From positions 1,860,001 to 1,924,000 of the forward strand of contig NW_024704755.1 of the NCBI RefSeq assembly GCF_018977255.1: a DNA stretch of 64,000 nt. The letters are read 5' to 3'. A model generated the notes under the pieces. The model saw only the letters and a program-made list of their open reading frames with translations. It was not told where the DNA came from and ran no database searches. The stretch's first letter is position 1, and every line of letters starts with the position of its first letter. Source of the stretch: Callorhinchus milii. Taxonomy: Eukaryota. Below, piece by piece: positions 1-12,482 of this stretch. A program made the position numbers and the translations under genes.

Positions 1-420
1 CAATTGCAGAACACGGATTTGATTTCAGTCATCGCTGCTGCCATTTCCTCAAAGTATGTTATTTGAAGTTCCTAATTACCCCTGAACAACAGCCCGCTCC
101 CGATTAGCCCGAGCTCCTTTCCTGCGAGTTGTTACGCGATGGATTTCGATACGAAGACCTGCGAGAAAGAGATGAGTGTATCTATTTTTAATCTGGGCAC
201 AGATATAATCACTAGTTTAGTCCATTTGTAGCTTCAGGCAGCTGGTGTATAAATATCATCTGCCTTAGGGCTGAATAAAGATTCTCCTTTACTCTCGATT
301 TCACATTAGTCTCAAATTAACCAGCTTCCCGACATCTGATGGCAATTTGGCTCTCCTTTTTAAAAAAATAAATCCGAGTAGAAAACAAAGAAAGAAAATA
401 TACATTTCATAGTGTCTTAT

Positions 421-519
421 AATATAATCCTTGCATTTGATACAGCGCCTTATCATGTCTTCAAGACGTCTCAAAGCGCTTCACAGAATACACTGGAAAG
501 TGAATTGACTGTGTATTTG
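421..519 (-). mobile_element. SINE A-type 3' tail fragment (L2-like tail, (ATT)n)
   Basis: Reverse complement of ...GTGAAGCGCTTTGAGACGTCTTGAAGACATGATAAGGCGCTGTATCAAATGCAAGGATTAT, shared with many copies in the window. Confidence 0.85.
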
Positions 520-554
520 AATAGTCTTTTAACAATTCATCTCCAAGTGAAGGC

Positions 555-850
555 AAGTACTTACTGTCGAGTGTAGCTACTGCTTTTGAAGACAAACATA
601 ATAAACAGTCGTGAGGTGAGTGACCAAATCATTTCGAGGGTTGCTGGCCAGGACACAGGGAGAAACTCACTTCCTTTTTTTCAAATAGTGTGATAGGATC
701 TGCAACAAACACCTGAACAGGTAGATGGGAACAGCTCTCATATTCCATCATTCCCCCAGTGTTGTGCTGGAGCGTCAGCTTAGACTGCGAGCTCAAAATC
801 CTGACGCGGGGTTTGAACCCACAATCATCCGATCCAGGAGCTACAAGCCG
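555..850 (-). mobile_element. Old DeuSINE-like element (family C), degraded
   Basis: rc contains GTGGGTTCAAACCCGCG...GTCTAAGCTGACGCTCCAGCAC...CACTATTTGAAAAAAAGGAAGTGAGTTTCTCCCTGTGTCCTGGCCA, homologous to 10697-11105. Confidence 0.7.
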
Positions 851-1787
851 ATTCAAACAGACTCTGCAGTGCAAAAAACACGTAAGTGTTGAATGTGGAA
901 ACTGAGACAATTAAAGTTGATCGAGGCACAAATGACTCCTGTTGTCAACGCAGACAGCGGTGGCACTTAAGTGTGAAGAAATCAGTCACGTTCAAATTCA
1001 TAATTGATCGGAATGGATTATAAAGAGAGCACAGACCTACAAAAAAATAAAGGCACGTTCCATTGGATCACAACCAAAGGTCTGTCAGTGTGAAAGGGAA
1101 TTGCACTAATACTAAAACAGGGCAGACATCAAGTAAACCTGCAACCCAGGCAGTATGCTAAGCATGACCGATCGTGGATTTAGCTGGCTTCATCATACGG
1201 CAACACAAGTAATAGAATGTAATCATGGGTTCTGATGATTATTTGTTGACTGCTTTTCTGCTTCATAAATCCTCAGCAAGTCATAGTGTGAGATACAGTA
1301 TTTTCTTTATGATTTTTAGGTACAGTGGTTTAATGCTTTTTATTACACCTGAACCGTCGGTTTCAATGCTTATTATTACAGCTGAACCTTGCCGAAAGTC
1401 CTGGGAGTTGCATCCTTAATGTAATAGAAAATTGTTTTATTAGCATATTATGTAGGTTTGCAGTCGGTATACAGAGGATAGATAAATCCACCTAAAGACC
1501 TGCTTGTGTGAAATGTGATATGCGGGTTTGGAACAGGATCCCTTTCGTTTAGTTTGCCTTTGGTCAGCTGGGTGTCGGGTGTCTGACACACCCAGAAGCC
1601 CATCAGCGTGCTTTGGAGAATCCAACTCAGACTCGAGAGTTTTACCTATTCAGTGCGATGACCTATACACCAATCACTCAGGTGCTCCTGTGTGACTGCT
1701 CACTGTGTGTGTAATTCCAGGGTTTAACACATTACAAAATAAAGCATTTGTCCCAAACAGGAGTTTCAAAGTCCCCATTCACAGCGA

Positions 1788-1908
1788 TAATAATAATCCT
1801 TAATAACAACACGTTTGACATGGCTCCTTATCACATCTTCGAGGCATCTCAAAGCGCTTCACAGAATATACTGTAAAGCGGATTGACCATGCAGTTTGTG
1901 GGCGAAAG
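1788..1908 (-). mobile_element. SINE 3' tail fragment
   Basis: ataataatcct...tctcaaagcgcttcacagaatatactgtaaag. Confidence 0.7.
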
Positions 1909-2855
1909 GGATGTCTCTTTGTTTAAGGTTAAATTTCTCAAATTGTGCAAAAAGAAATGTGCCAACGAGGCAAGATTTATTGCATCCTGGAGGTAGGTTT
2001 TGCTATCGAATTCCATTTATCCTTTTTTTTGCCTTGACTTTTTATTTTCTGTATTTGTTTTGACTTGTCCCCCTTAAAACTACAAAACGAGACGTCAATA
2101 AGGCACAAATTTGTTTTTTAAGGAAATGACTGATCGATCTGAGTGCCTGGCTATGCGTGCATTTTGACTCCAGTCAATTTTTCGCCTTGAGTTTGCTGAG
2201 GCAGGTTTTAATGGAGGGAACGCAAACTGATTTATGAGCTGCAGTGATAAAAGAAGTATTTCTTTACCCAGCTCTTTAATATGCAAATATGCAAAGCATA
2301 CAGAGGTTGACAGAATGCCATTAATAAAGCGATGTTCCGAGCAAAATGTTGGACGTTACTTCCTCAGAAAATACATGATGATGATTTTACTGTGTGTAAT
2401 TTTCAAAGTTCTAACTAGGTGCACGTACATGCATCTGAAATGCTGTAATGCATACTCATTACTCAAAAAGGGCTTAACCAATTTAACATTTCCCCAAAGT
2501 GAATGCAAAATATACTCCACGCATGCATTTTGCATGTGCAATCCACAGTGGGAGCCACACGAGGATATGATAGGAATCTTGCACTTTTATATTTAAAATG
2601 GTGCATATTGAGGAAAGGGCTTATGATCATTATGGAAATGAGCAGAGAAGAAAGCTGTAGTACTGGCAACATTTGGAGAAGCACGTTATTGGAAAATGAC
2701 TGGCCTCCGCCTTCAGAGACTGACTTCTGAATATTCGCTTACAAATCGTTTTGCCCGTAAACTGACAGAAACCATCGCTCTTAGAGCGGAGAAGTGTTCC
2801 TAATCAAAGTCTTGGAGCTCGCTCATTGTAAGGCGGCATTCAACATTAGAGGTAC

Positions 2856-3270
2856 CGGCCTGGGTCAGGTAACAGCGCTCTCAACTCTGGGTCAGATGGG
2901 CGTAGGTTTGAGCCCCACATCTAGGCTGATACTCGAGAGAAGCACAGGTACAGTGCTGCACTGTTGGTGTTGCCCTCTTTTTAATGAGGCACCGATTATA
3001 GGTCAGGTCTGGCTCGTTCTTCCAATGGACATTAAGGATCCGATGAGAACTATTTGAAGAGAAAGAGGAATTGCTCCCTGTGTTGTGGCCAACAATCCTC
3101 CAAAATACTTGGCCAACCGCTTTGTGACTGTTTGCAGGACTTTGCTTACGCTGCTGCGTTTGCCTACAAAACTGTCACTACATTCGCCGCCAATTACCTG
3201 GGAAAGAGCTTTGAGGCGTTTCCACATTAGACAGGGGCTACATCGATTGCGACGATTGTTATTATTATTC
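2856..3270 (+). mobile_element. DeuSINE-like element (family C), near full length, degraded
   Basis: tRNA-like head GGGTCAGGTAACAGCGCTCTC...GGTTTGAGCCCCAC, body TAGGCTGATACTC...GTGCTGCACTGTTGG...GGACATTAAGGATCC...GTGGCCAACA, tail ending TTATTATT. Confidence 0.75.
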
Positions 3271-6200
3271 ACACTGACAGTCACTAAAACTGACCCAATA
3301 GTGAACAGGACCCGAGTACAAGATTAAAAACATATACGTGAAGAAATAATGGAGACAAGGCAGCAATTTCAAGGATATAATCTAATCTCAGGGTTCAGAC
3401 AACGGTTATGAACATTTCTGACCCCCTCGATTAGATTAGAGCCTTGTAATCACTTGTAGCAATCCAATACTCTCAACACACCATGTCCCTGAACTGAAAG
3501 GCACGAATTATACACAATGGAATCTCTAAAGTCAACCTTTGAAATGACAGCAGTGCGGGTCTATTTTTGGGGAGGTCTGAGATTGAAGATTAAGTGTTTC
3601 AAATCCCATTAACTTGGTACTGGTGGTTCAAGCACTAAATCTTGTGAGCGTTCAAGGGACAGGATGGATCTTTAGAGAAAAAGCTCAGGAAAAATCATAC
3701 CCTTTTGCCAATCTAAGAGTAATTGTAGCTAGCGTTCCCTTTGCAGGGAAACGTGAAGGTTATTCGAAAACGTTTGGTAAATGAAGATTATTTTCAAAAT
3801 GTGGATTTTTTGGGGGGTGTTAGGCTAAGACACTTTGGCTAGGACAATGGCAGATTTCGAACCTTTGATGCCAAGACAGAAAGTTCAGCAACTGGACCAG
3901 CAGAGACCTCAGAGTGAATAGGAAATGGTTTCAAATCACACCAGCATCCCAGTGTAGGAAGGGCACTTTGATGCCCTTTCGAGTTTTATCGCATCCAGCC
4001 ACCTTCGATGTCCATTGCCTTTGATTACTTAACCTTCCTCTTACCCTAATACACCACTCCATGTTTTAATCTGAGCAGGCCGCCCTGCTTTCGAAAGCGT
4101 TCAAAGTCTCTCGCCAAATTGGGATCAGTGCGACCCACATCTCGACCAGAGGCACGGTGATGCCAGCCACCGGGAAATGCCATCTTCTCATTGCCCCCGC
4201 GTTCGTAACCCGCAGTCACTCACGTTTTGCTCAGAGAGAGCGTGCCTTGAAAATGCACCTTACACACTGCTGGGGAAGGAAGGGGTGGTGGAAGCAAAGG
4301 CTCCATGAGGTTCCTGTTTTATTTTTCCACTGATCTTTCATCATACTGCAGCATTGCTTTGAAGGCTGAATGCGAATGAGTTTCGGTGCATTCCTTTAGG
4401 ACGTGTCTGCACATTGACCTTCAACTTACCCTGTTTCCCTTTGAGCCCTCTAAGCATGATCCATTGGTTTCTCAGGCCATTCTACCTTCACCCCATTGAT
4501 AGATTTCGCTGCTACTTAAATTTCAAAGTGTTGATGCATTTCAGCACTGTCCAGGACGGCAACTCACTTATAGATCTTACAAGGTCACAGTCGAAAAGCT
4601 ATAGCTTTATCAGGATGTATTACTTTACTTTTTCTATCCATCACAAAGACGATGATTCTATTTTAGTGAGATCCATTGAACTCAGATCAAGTCCGATGGC
4701 TGCTATCATCGGAAACTCAAGAGCTGTCATCTTGCAATCTAGCACAAATGACAAACAACCTGTTAAAGGTGGACGTCGGTCGGGGCTGGCTTTCACAAGA
4801 GGAAGGGTGTAGGAAAGAAAGAGAGATGAGTTTTACAGTTTGCGCCAACATGCTGGCTAAACTGCAGATTAAATGTTGCCTTTGTTCCGCGCTACCTAAA
4901 AGTGTCCTATTACAGAGAGGGCTGACCGGTCAGTGTCAGTCGGGAAATAAATCAAGGGGGAAATGGTCAGAGACACTCTCTCTCTCTGCTGAAATATCCC
5001 GAACACAGGCACTGATCTGCACTCGTTGTTTTTGCGGTTAATTTCTCTCTGATTGAATTCGAACAACGTGAAGCAGTGCGTGGGACAATAGGTTCCCAAT
5101 TATCTAATTATCACAGTGGGAATTAAGTAAATCTGGCCTTCAGGGATAATCCTGACATCATCTGCTTCAACCGTTAACCTTTACCTCTCTGCCTCCGCTC
5201 CTCTTCATGCTGAATAGATGGCCGTAAAAATATGCAGTGGCAGTTCTCTGTATAATGAAGTCTTTACACAGCTGATAAATGTAGACCCGATACAGAAAAC
5301 GTCAAGGCTTTCATTAAGAAAACCTTCCCAAGTTCATTGTATTGAACCAGGGCTCCTGCCATTAGGCTGAGGTACAATACATTAAAGGAACTCACTCACT
5401 GAACTGTTCTACCAGCAGATGCTGTTCTTAGTGCTAAATCATAAATGTTTGATAAGGAAAGACTAAATCTGGACAAATAACTGCTCAATCCTTTTCTGTA
5501 TCAGGCAGATGCGGTCACACAAGAAATCAATGTCTTGCATTGAATAAACTGCCCAGTCTGGGCCCTTTGAATCAGAAAGACTATAAATAACATTCGAGGG
5601 AGTGAGGGAGGTGAAGCGGGGGTGGTGGTGTAGGGGGGGGGGGGGGAGTGTGGGGGGGTGGAGGGTCTCATAAAAAGATCCGGATAACATGCAGATGACC
5701 AATTTTCACACTTGAAATTAAAAAAAAGTCACGGAAACTAACCCGCCTGGGTGGGAATTGCAATGACAGCGAGCAATTCCAGGCAACATCGCTTTGCAAA
5801 AAAAGGTAATTATGATTCGCAAGGTTTGAGAAATTAACCCTTCACCCACTTGCGCACAAAATTTTACGCTACAGTCAAAGGATTATTCAGGTTCTCTCCC
5901 CCAGTCTCCCGGGCTGAGTTTTAAGCAGATTTCGCATCCTGACTTGAATGCAATGAACACAATAGAACACACACACGAGCGGAGATGTTTTGCACCAGAG
6001 CGATTCAATGTTAAATAGAGGAGAGATTGTCATCAGCAGCAGTGTGACTCTCTCCCCCACCCCCTGCCCATTAATATGCCCTCAGGTGAGGTATGTTTAT
6101 GGGAGGCGAGGGAACCAGACGGCGTTATTTCTCTGTGAGATTCTTTCATAAAGGATCCACGTCACGCAGACGGGGACTCCTTCCAGCGTCCGCCAGTACG

Positions 6201-7061
6201 TCACGCCGACCGACAGGAACTCCACTCCGCTCTGGCTTCAGCTACTTGCAGACTGAGATTCTAATTAACAAATGCTCCTGAATCAGATCCCGATTGCCAA
6301 CATGTCAAGGCCTCGCTCAGTCTGTCAAGGGGAGACAGACGTCATAAATCACAACGTGCCCCCTAACAGATCTGATGCTTAATGCTTGTGCAGTTTGCAC
6401 GGGAGCCACGGTGGTATATTGGTGCGTGCATGGTGGTGGGGGGGGGGGAGGGGAGGGAGAGAAGGGGGTAAACGCGCAAAATATTTTATTCAATGCTCCC
6501 GTGTGTTTTGTAGCAGAATAAAATCACAATAAACTCTGCTTGCATTGTACTGCGCTATGTCTCTGTGACACCAAATTCAGAAGAAGAGCTTCTTTACTCA
6601 CTTGTATTTCAGCACGAGTGTTGAGGGATAATGTTTTGCTCAGTTCAACAGCTGCCTTTTCTATCTGAATCAACTTATAATGGACCGTATTATTATTATT
6701 ACTATTATGGCAGGCTCCTTCCTCCTCCCCTTTTTCTTTAAAAAGATGCATTTTTCTTTAATTAATACAATGTAAATCTTTGCATTGTATTAACATAAAT
6801 TGAACATTCCCGGTTGCCTTATTCCTTGAAGGTCATTGTGGTTACCTCTGATATGCTGCTGACCTGCAGGTTTTCCTTTATATTTCTAACGGTGTGGGTT
6901 GTTTGGTTCTTTTTTCATTTGGATTTTAATTGGCGTTTTCAATCTTGACTGCGTGATATAGCAGAACGAGTGAAATTCGAACCTACATTCCAGCACACCC
7001 TTCAACACTTTCAAAACAAAAGGTTCCTCCATCCAACAGTCTTTGTGTATATACATTGCCA

Positions 7062-7092
7062 TTACAACAACAACTTGCATTTATATAGAGCG
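7062..7092 (-). mobile_element. L2-type 3' tail ((GTT)n variant)
   Basis: rc GCGCTCTATATAAATGCAAGTTGTTGTTGT. Confidence 0.7.
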
Positions 7093-7185
7093 CTCGCCAC
7101 ACAAGCGAAAGACCTGGGTTCGATTCCCGGCAGGGCAAAACCTTGGGCAAGTTTCCTTACTCCACACGCTTGATAATAATCCCTC
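7086..7185 (+). mobile_element. SINE B 5' head fragment (tRNA-derived)
   Basis: AGAGCGCTCGCCACACAAGCGAAAGACCTGGGTTCGATTCCCGGCAGGGCAAAACCTTGGGCAAGTTTCCTTACTCCACACGC, matches 31400-31500; B-box GGTTCGATTCC. Confidence 0.85.
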
Positions 7186-7194
7186 AAGAAAAAC

Positions 7195-7400
7195 TCAGTG
7201 ACCGAATTCAGCGACCGAATGCGCAGTTGAAGAGATAGGTCATAAGGCGGGTTTTGAAGACAGAGAGGAGGGGAGCAAGGCGGACAGGCTCCAGGATGGA
7301 GTTCCAGAAAGCGGGCACAGAATGGTTGAAATCTCAATCACCGATGGTGGTGCCCAGGATATGAAACAGGCAGATGTTTGTTTGCTTAGCGGAGGGAATG
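7195..7400 (-). mobile_element. L2 LINE ORF2 C-terminal remnant
   Basis: rc translates to WNSILEPVRLAPLLSVFKTRLMTYLFNCAFGR*, matching the L2/CR1-clade WNxLP...FK..LKT.LF terminal motif. Confidence 0.75.
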
Positions 7401-8759
7401 GTCGGGCCAGTAAGAGTTGCAGAAGGTCCCAGAACGAACGATATTTGTAGTCATCCGAAGATGAAAGGCTCTGGGTTCTGCTTTTGCTGCTCTGAGCCAC
7501 CCTCACTGACACGATGAAGTTGTGGGGAAAATGCAGGTATAAACTGTTTGGTGCAGCGCATTGGTAAACCAAGACTCCGTGCCACGGCAGAATGTACAGT
7601 AAGCTTGCGAATGAGTAACGTTTTCACTGAGAAATACACTAAAGTAATATTTTTCACTGATCTTCTGCTGTGCAGTCGATCCCCCCAATGGTGCTCCGTG
7701 ACACACCACAACTCTTCGTATAAGACACTTTTTATGGTTCCCTCATTAAAAGAGAACCATTATAAAACACCCCCTTTATAACGCTTTCTACGACTCCCAC
7801 AGGAAGTCTTATCAAAGGAAGTGGCATCTTACACCATTAATTTAGACTAAGACAAATTTAGACTGTTTTTTATCACAAGTTAAGAAGTTTTTGATCCAGT
7901 TACCTAATTTGCACTCAATTCCAACAGCCATAACCTTCTTTACAAAGCTAAAACGGTTTGCGGGAGAAATAAACAATGAAAACACATATTGTAAATGGTG
8001 TAATGAGCATTTAATCTGTACTCCAGTCGTTGCAATTCTTATAAGCAGTTAGATTCAATGCTAACTCACTTAGCATCAATGAGTTACAATAAAAATAAAT
8101 AAGAGAGAGAGAGGGAGGGAGAGTGAAGGAGGAGGTTGATACAACAATGGTCCTTTTTCCCATCCACACTTAATCAACAGCAGGTTTCAAACAAAGGGAG
8201 AAAATGTAAATCACTTTCATTAATTCTACCTTCGACAACCAGTCCAGAAAACCGGGACATAAATTAATGCACTTTTCATCTGAGGGCTTCGGAGGGAGGG
8301 GGAGGGGGGAAGAGAATGGTTAAAATGCTTCTCAGATTATATCTGACTGCAAAAGGCTGGGGTTTATGTATGGATTAGCAGAGTGATAGACCCTGAGCAG
8401 CTAAAGGCTGATGACTAATTACCTGACAAAACCTCACTCTATTCAGCTTTGCCATTGAAATTAATTTTGTGTTCAGTAACAGCCAGCAAAGGGCTTCCAA
8501 ATTCAAGTCGATACTCAAATTAGCAGGGAGCCCTGAATTATTTCCCAACAATTAAGGTTTTTTTTTTGAACAGCGCAAAGCGAATTTTAAACATTAAAAA
8601 CGCGTCCGTCTGCTGGTGTTCCAGTTTTCTCCGAAGAACAGTTCGCTCACACTCGCTCGTTTGCTCCATCCCGCGACCGACACCGTTGGAATGGTTGACG
8701 GAACAATTTGTCGTTTTGTTTAGCAGCAAGTAAACAACAACGTGGTCCCTTTTTAAAAA

Positions 8760-8783
8760 TTACCAACTTTCTTTACGATTAAC
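8760..8783 (-). CDS. Candidate terminal coding exon (VNRKESW*) of an unidentified minus-strand gene
   Basis: Strong acceptor GTGTTTTGTTTCTGCAG|GTTAATCGTAAAGAAAGTTGGTAA in repeat-free sequence; no homology recognised. Confidence 0.3.
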   Translation of the reverse strand, partial: VNRKESW

Positions 8784-9011
8784 CTGCAGAAACAAAACAC
8801 TGGTTCATTGTAATGGCTTTTTAAAGAGCGGCCTTAAATCTAACGTTTCGGGATTGCTCTGGCTACGAAACGAACATCTGTTTCTGTCATAAAGAGTCTC
8901 CAAGAACAAGGCTCTCTGCACATGCCTGGAGACCGATGCTGAGAGAGGCCGAGTTAGGGAAGGAAGTGACAAAAGAATACTGTTTAATTCACGGCGCAGC
9001 AGCTATCCTTA

Positions 9012-9175
9012 ACAATAATAATCCTTGCGTTTGATACAGAGCCTTATCGCGTCTTCGAGACGTCTCAAAACGCTTCGCAGAATATACTGTAAAGTGAATT
9101 GACTGCATATTCTGTGGGCAAAACGCAGCAGTCGATTGCGCTCAGCGTACTGACCACTAAGCTACAGGACTCTAC
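9012..9175 (-). mobile_element. SINE A copy with internal deletion (tail joined directly to tRNA 5' end)
   Basis: Tail 9012-9145 followed by the rc of GTAGAGTCCTGTAGCTTAGTGGTCAGTACGC (head). Confidence 0.75.
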
Positions 9176-9767
9176 AGTTTAATGAAGATTTTAATTTGGA
9201 TGCTGTGTTGAGAACACCCACAAACACACGGACACGCGCGCACAGCTGCATACATTGCTGGCGTTACTCAAAGCCACAGTTCCGATCTACTTGCTTCTCA
9301 GCATTATTCGTTTCGTTATCGTCAAGTTGGAACGAACCTAACTCTGATCTTTTATGTAAAGTTAATAGCACCAAATAGAATGCAGGGATACAATCCCTCC
9401 AGCCCAGACAACTACTTTCCACGCACACATATAATGATTCTTTATCGTAGCACCGAAAAGTCAAAACCATTAAAATGGTGTCAAGTGCCTATAATGTTCA
9501 TATTCTATTACTGTCAATGACAATTAACACTGTCATTCAGAAAAGTCAGGTGCAGTATCAGGTAATCTACGCAGGAAAAAAAGGAGGCAACTTAATATCG
9601 TCTTATTGCTTGCGGGTCCGATCGGGTGTCGGAGGACGGATGAGTTCCAAATCTGCGATCTGAGTTTAGTGAAAGAATGCTGGAACAAATAGTTTAATAA
9701 ATAAAATACGGGTTTTATAATTAGTGACAGGTTGCCACGTGCAACAAAGAAATGAAATGAGTTTCCC

Positions 9768-9892
9768 CAGTCGCTCAGTGGGTAACTGTGTTTTGCTGGA
9801 GTGAAAGCGAGCTATGTAGACTCGGAACGAAAGGACCCAGGTTCAAACCCTCTGAGATAGCAGATGACCTCACCAAGGGCACCAATTGGGCC
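9768..9892 (+). mobile_element. Ancient tRNA-SINE 5' fragment (AmnSINE2-like, name from memory)
   Basis: GCTCAGTGGGTAA...GAGCTATGTAGAC...AAGGACCCAGGTTCAAACCC...GAGATAGCAGAT; related to 19910-20060. Confidence 0.45.
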
Positions 9893-10081
9893 AAAAACTT
9901 GCCATTACGCTTCAGCGAGAGGAAAACGGAGATGAAACAAAGAGCAGCGAGGTTTCCCATGACAATCGCTGTCCCCACTGCAAATAGCTGCGTATACGTT
10001 CTGCAAACTGTGATGCCCCCTACAGTTGAATTGGCTGCCCACGCTCTCCCACTGCCAAGGTGGGCTTCTATGAAGCCCTAC

Positions 10082-10122
10082 CCTGTTCCCCAAGTCAATG
10101 GTTTCAGGGAGAGGGAGGAAAT
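10082..10122 (-). CDS. Candidate coding exon ((D)FLPLPETIDLGNR); may instead read through to a stop at 9905
   Basis: Acceptor CTCTTTCCCTCCCACAG|ATTTCC; weak donor AGG|GTAGGG; ends in phase 0, compatible with the 8783 exon. Confidence 0.3.
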
Positions 10123-10696
10123 CTGTGGGAGGGAAAGAGTTAAAAACAATCGTTTGACCAACTGAACGATTGATTATCAGGAATGCCGAGCTCACTGAGA
10201 ATTCCTTTGGGTATGCAACCGATTGGAGCTAAAATCAGACGAGTGAATCTCTCTGTTAAGTGGGTGGAAATTAACAATGGAAACATAATTTCTTACTCCT
10301 AACTGTGCTTATTGATACCATTCTTGGTAAATGTTGTTATCTTGGTTGCAACCCCCTCCCCTTCCCCCCCCCCACCCACCCACTCACATACACACACACA
10401 CCTCACAATCAAATGAATGAATGCTTCATTTTCGAAACACTTTATAATTCAGAAAAGGTCATTTTTCAACGAGAAGTAAAAAGAGACGGTAATATCACAA
10501 GCACCTGATCAGTGTCTTTTCCTGGTCAAGCGTGCAAATAATCACTAGCAATGTACAAAATGCCTGGTGGCTTTATGTTTCATCGCCACAGAGGAGAAGG
10601 CATTGGGGCGAGAGGGCAGAAGGAAGGAACTTTCCATAAAATCCAGAATACACGCAGAATATTTTGGCCCACAAAACGGTCATTAATTGTACGTCA

Positions 10697-11105
10697 GCCT
10701 GGCTCAGTCGGTAGCACTCTCAGCACTGAGTCAGAGGGTTGTGGGTTCAAGCCTCGCGGCAGCAGTTTGAACTCACACTCCAGGCTGACGCTCCCATACA
10801 GTGCCGGAGATGCACTGCATTGTCTCGTCCTTCGGATGAGACGTTCAATCGAGGTCCTGCCTGCCTGCTTGGGTGGACGTTAATGATCACTCTTCGAAAA
10901 AGAGGATGGGGTTCACTCCCGGTATCCTGGCCAACAAATCCCCCCAGGTAAAACTGGTCATTCACTGCATGGCTGTTTGCGTGCAAAGTGGCTGCTGTGT
11001 TTGCCTATAAATCCACAGTCACTACACTTTACAATAAACCCTGTGAAGCGCTTTGAGGCATCCTCCCGACGTGAAAGGCGCTGCATCAAATGCGAGAGTT
11101 ATTCT
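10697..11105 (+). mobile_element. DeuSINE-like element (family C, SacSINE1-like), full length
   Basis: A-box TGGCTCAGTCGG, B-box GGGTTCAAGCC, Deu-like body (TTCGGATGAGACGTT...GGTGGACGTTAATGATC...TCCTGGCCAACA...TGGCTGCTGTGTTTGCC), L2-type tail GACGTGAAAGGCGCTGCATCAAATGC. Confidence 0.85.
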
Positions 11106-12204
11106 TTTCCAGGATTATTGATCACCAGTGAAGCTCCCAGTCCTTGCGACGTGATCAGAACGTTACAGAAACGTAACTTGCCCCATTTTTCAAAATGTAC
11201 TTTGAAATAAAATCTCACGTTCCTCACGTCTGTGTTCTGTTGTAAAAAAAAACACACGCTCAGAGCAAGTGTTCTCACTGCACTCCGGTGGTTTACATTT
11301 GTTTTCAGTTAAGACTGGAGATAATATTGGAAATGATAGTCATGTAACATTAATACTGCAGCTTAAAACAGAGCGAGCTGTGTGTGCAAAAAGGCACCAG
11401 TTTTTTTTTCTTGGCATCTCTCTGTACTAGAAAAGACTGATACTTTGAATTTCTGCCAAGTATAGATGAATCACTAGACCATTACATTATTCTGTTGATA
11501 CGGAAACAGCCAAAAATAGGTGTATAAGCTATTCAAGTTATTGTCCTGCGAGAGATGGATTTAAATGTTTTACAGCTCGGGTGTAATAAGAGACAATGTA
11601 CTGAGCGCGATGGATGCATCACTGTACGTCTCCCACGCTCAGCTCGCTCCATGTAAAATGCTTCAAGTGAAAGAAGACGCAGTTCCTTTACAGACTGCCC
11701 GTTTTACATATAAAATACCGGGCTTGTAAGAATTCATCACAAGGAATGAAATCTGATAAAGAGTGGAAAGGGGGCCCTTTGAAATACAGTGATTATTCCC
11801 ATTAAAACATCGCTGCTCAAGTTCACAGTGCCTTTAATTTTTTTTTCCTCCTTTCTTCTCCCCACTGCTCCTCCCATTCTTCTTCCCTTCGCAGGTCATT
11901 TGCTATTGTGTATTCCCTGCCAGCCTCAGCCACCCAGCGAGAGAGATGGCCCGAGCGAGTGGCTGATTAACCATTGCCTGGGTCAGCACGACCTTCTAAG
12001 CCACTTCATAGGCAGCTCCGAAACAACATGGCTCGTGTACCCCGAGGAGGGAACATCGGTACATCCAGGGCCAGGAAAGACAACGGTAATCCACTTGACG
12101 GACTCAAAGGAAAAAAAAATAATCCTGTACTGCATCACTCTCTCAATCTATAAACCTCCATCTACTTTGTGACCAATAACTATCCAATTCCCTCTTGAAT
12201 TGGA

Positions 12205-12285
12205 ATTGAGGTACAGATCAGCCTTCATTTAATAGAATGGTGGAACAGGGGCTGAAAGGCCTCCTCCTGTTCCTAAGTTCCTTAT
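12205..12285 (+). mobile_element. CR1-type 3' end (LINE or CR1-tailed SINE)
   Basis: CAGATCAGCC...GAATGGTGGAACAGGGGCTGAAAGGCCTCCTCCTGTTCCTAAGTTCC. Confidence 0.75.
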
Positions 12286-12397
12286 TTTCCTAATGCGCTT
12301 ATACAACCTGCCTCCAGCGCCTCCCTGGGGCTGGCTAATCCACATGGTCACCGGTTTCTGGGTGAAGCAGTAGGTTGCCTATTCACCTTCCCTCTTC

Positions 12398-12482
12398 GAA
12401 GGTTCAGTCTACAACCTCCATTCTGTCCTTGCCCAGCAGCTAGACCTACACATTTAACATGCGTCATTGGGACAATAATCAG
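12398..12482 (-). mobile_element. Ancient SINE internal fragment, inverted partner of 13041-13120
   Basis: Visibly similar to the rc of 13041-13120 (CAACCTCCA..CTGTCCTTGCCC...CTAGACCTACAC.TTTAACA...TCATTGGGACAAT). Confidence 0.55.

Noticed and set aside
4540-4562. REST/NRSE-like TTCAGCAC...GGACGGC
   Set aside because: Non-canonical spacing and mismatches; likely chance
7240-7572. 110-aa minus-strand ORF
   Set aside because: Overlaps a decayed L2 ORF2 end in another frame
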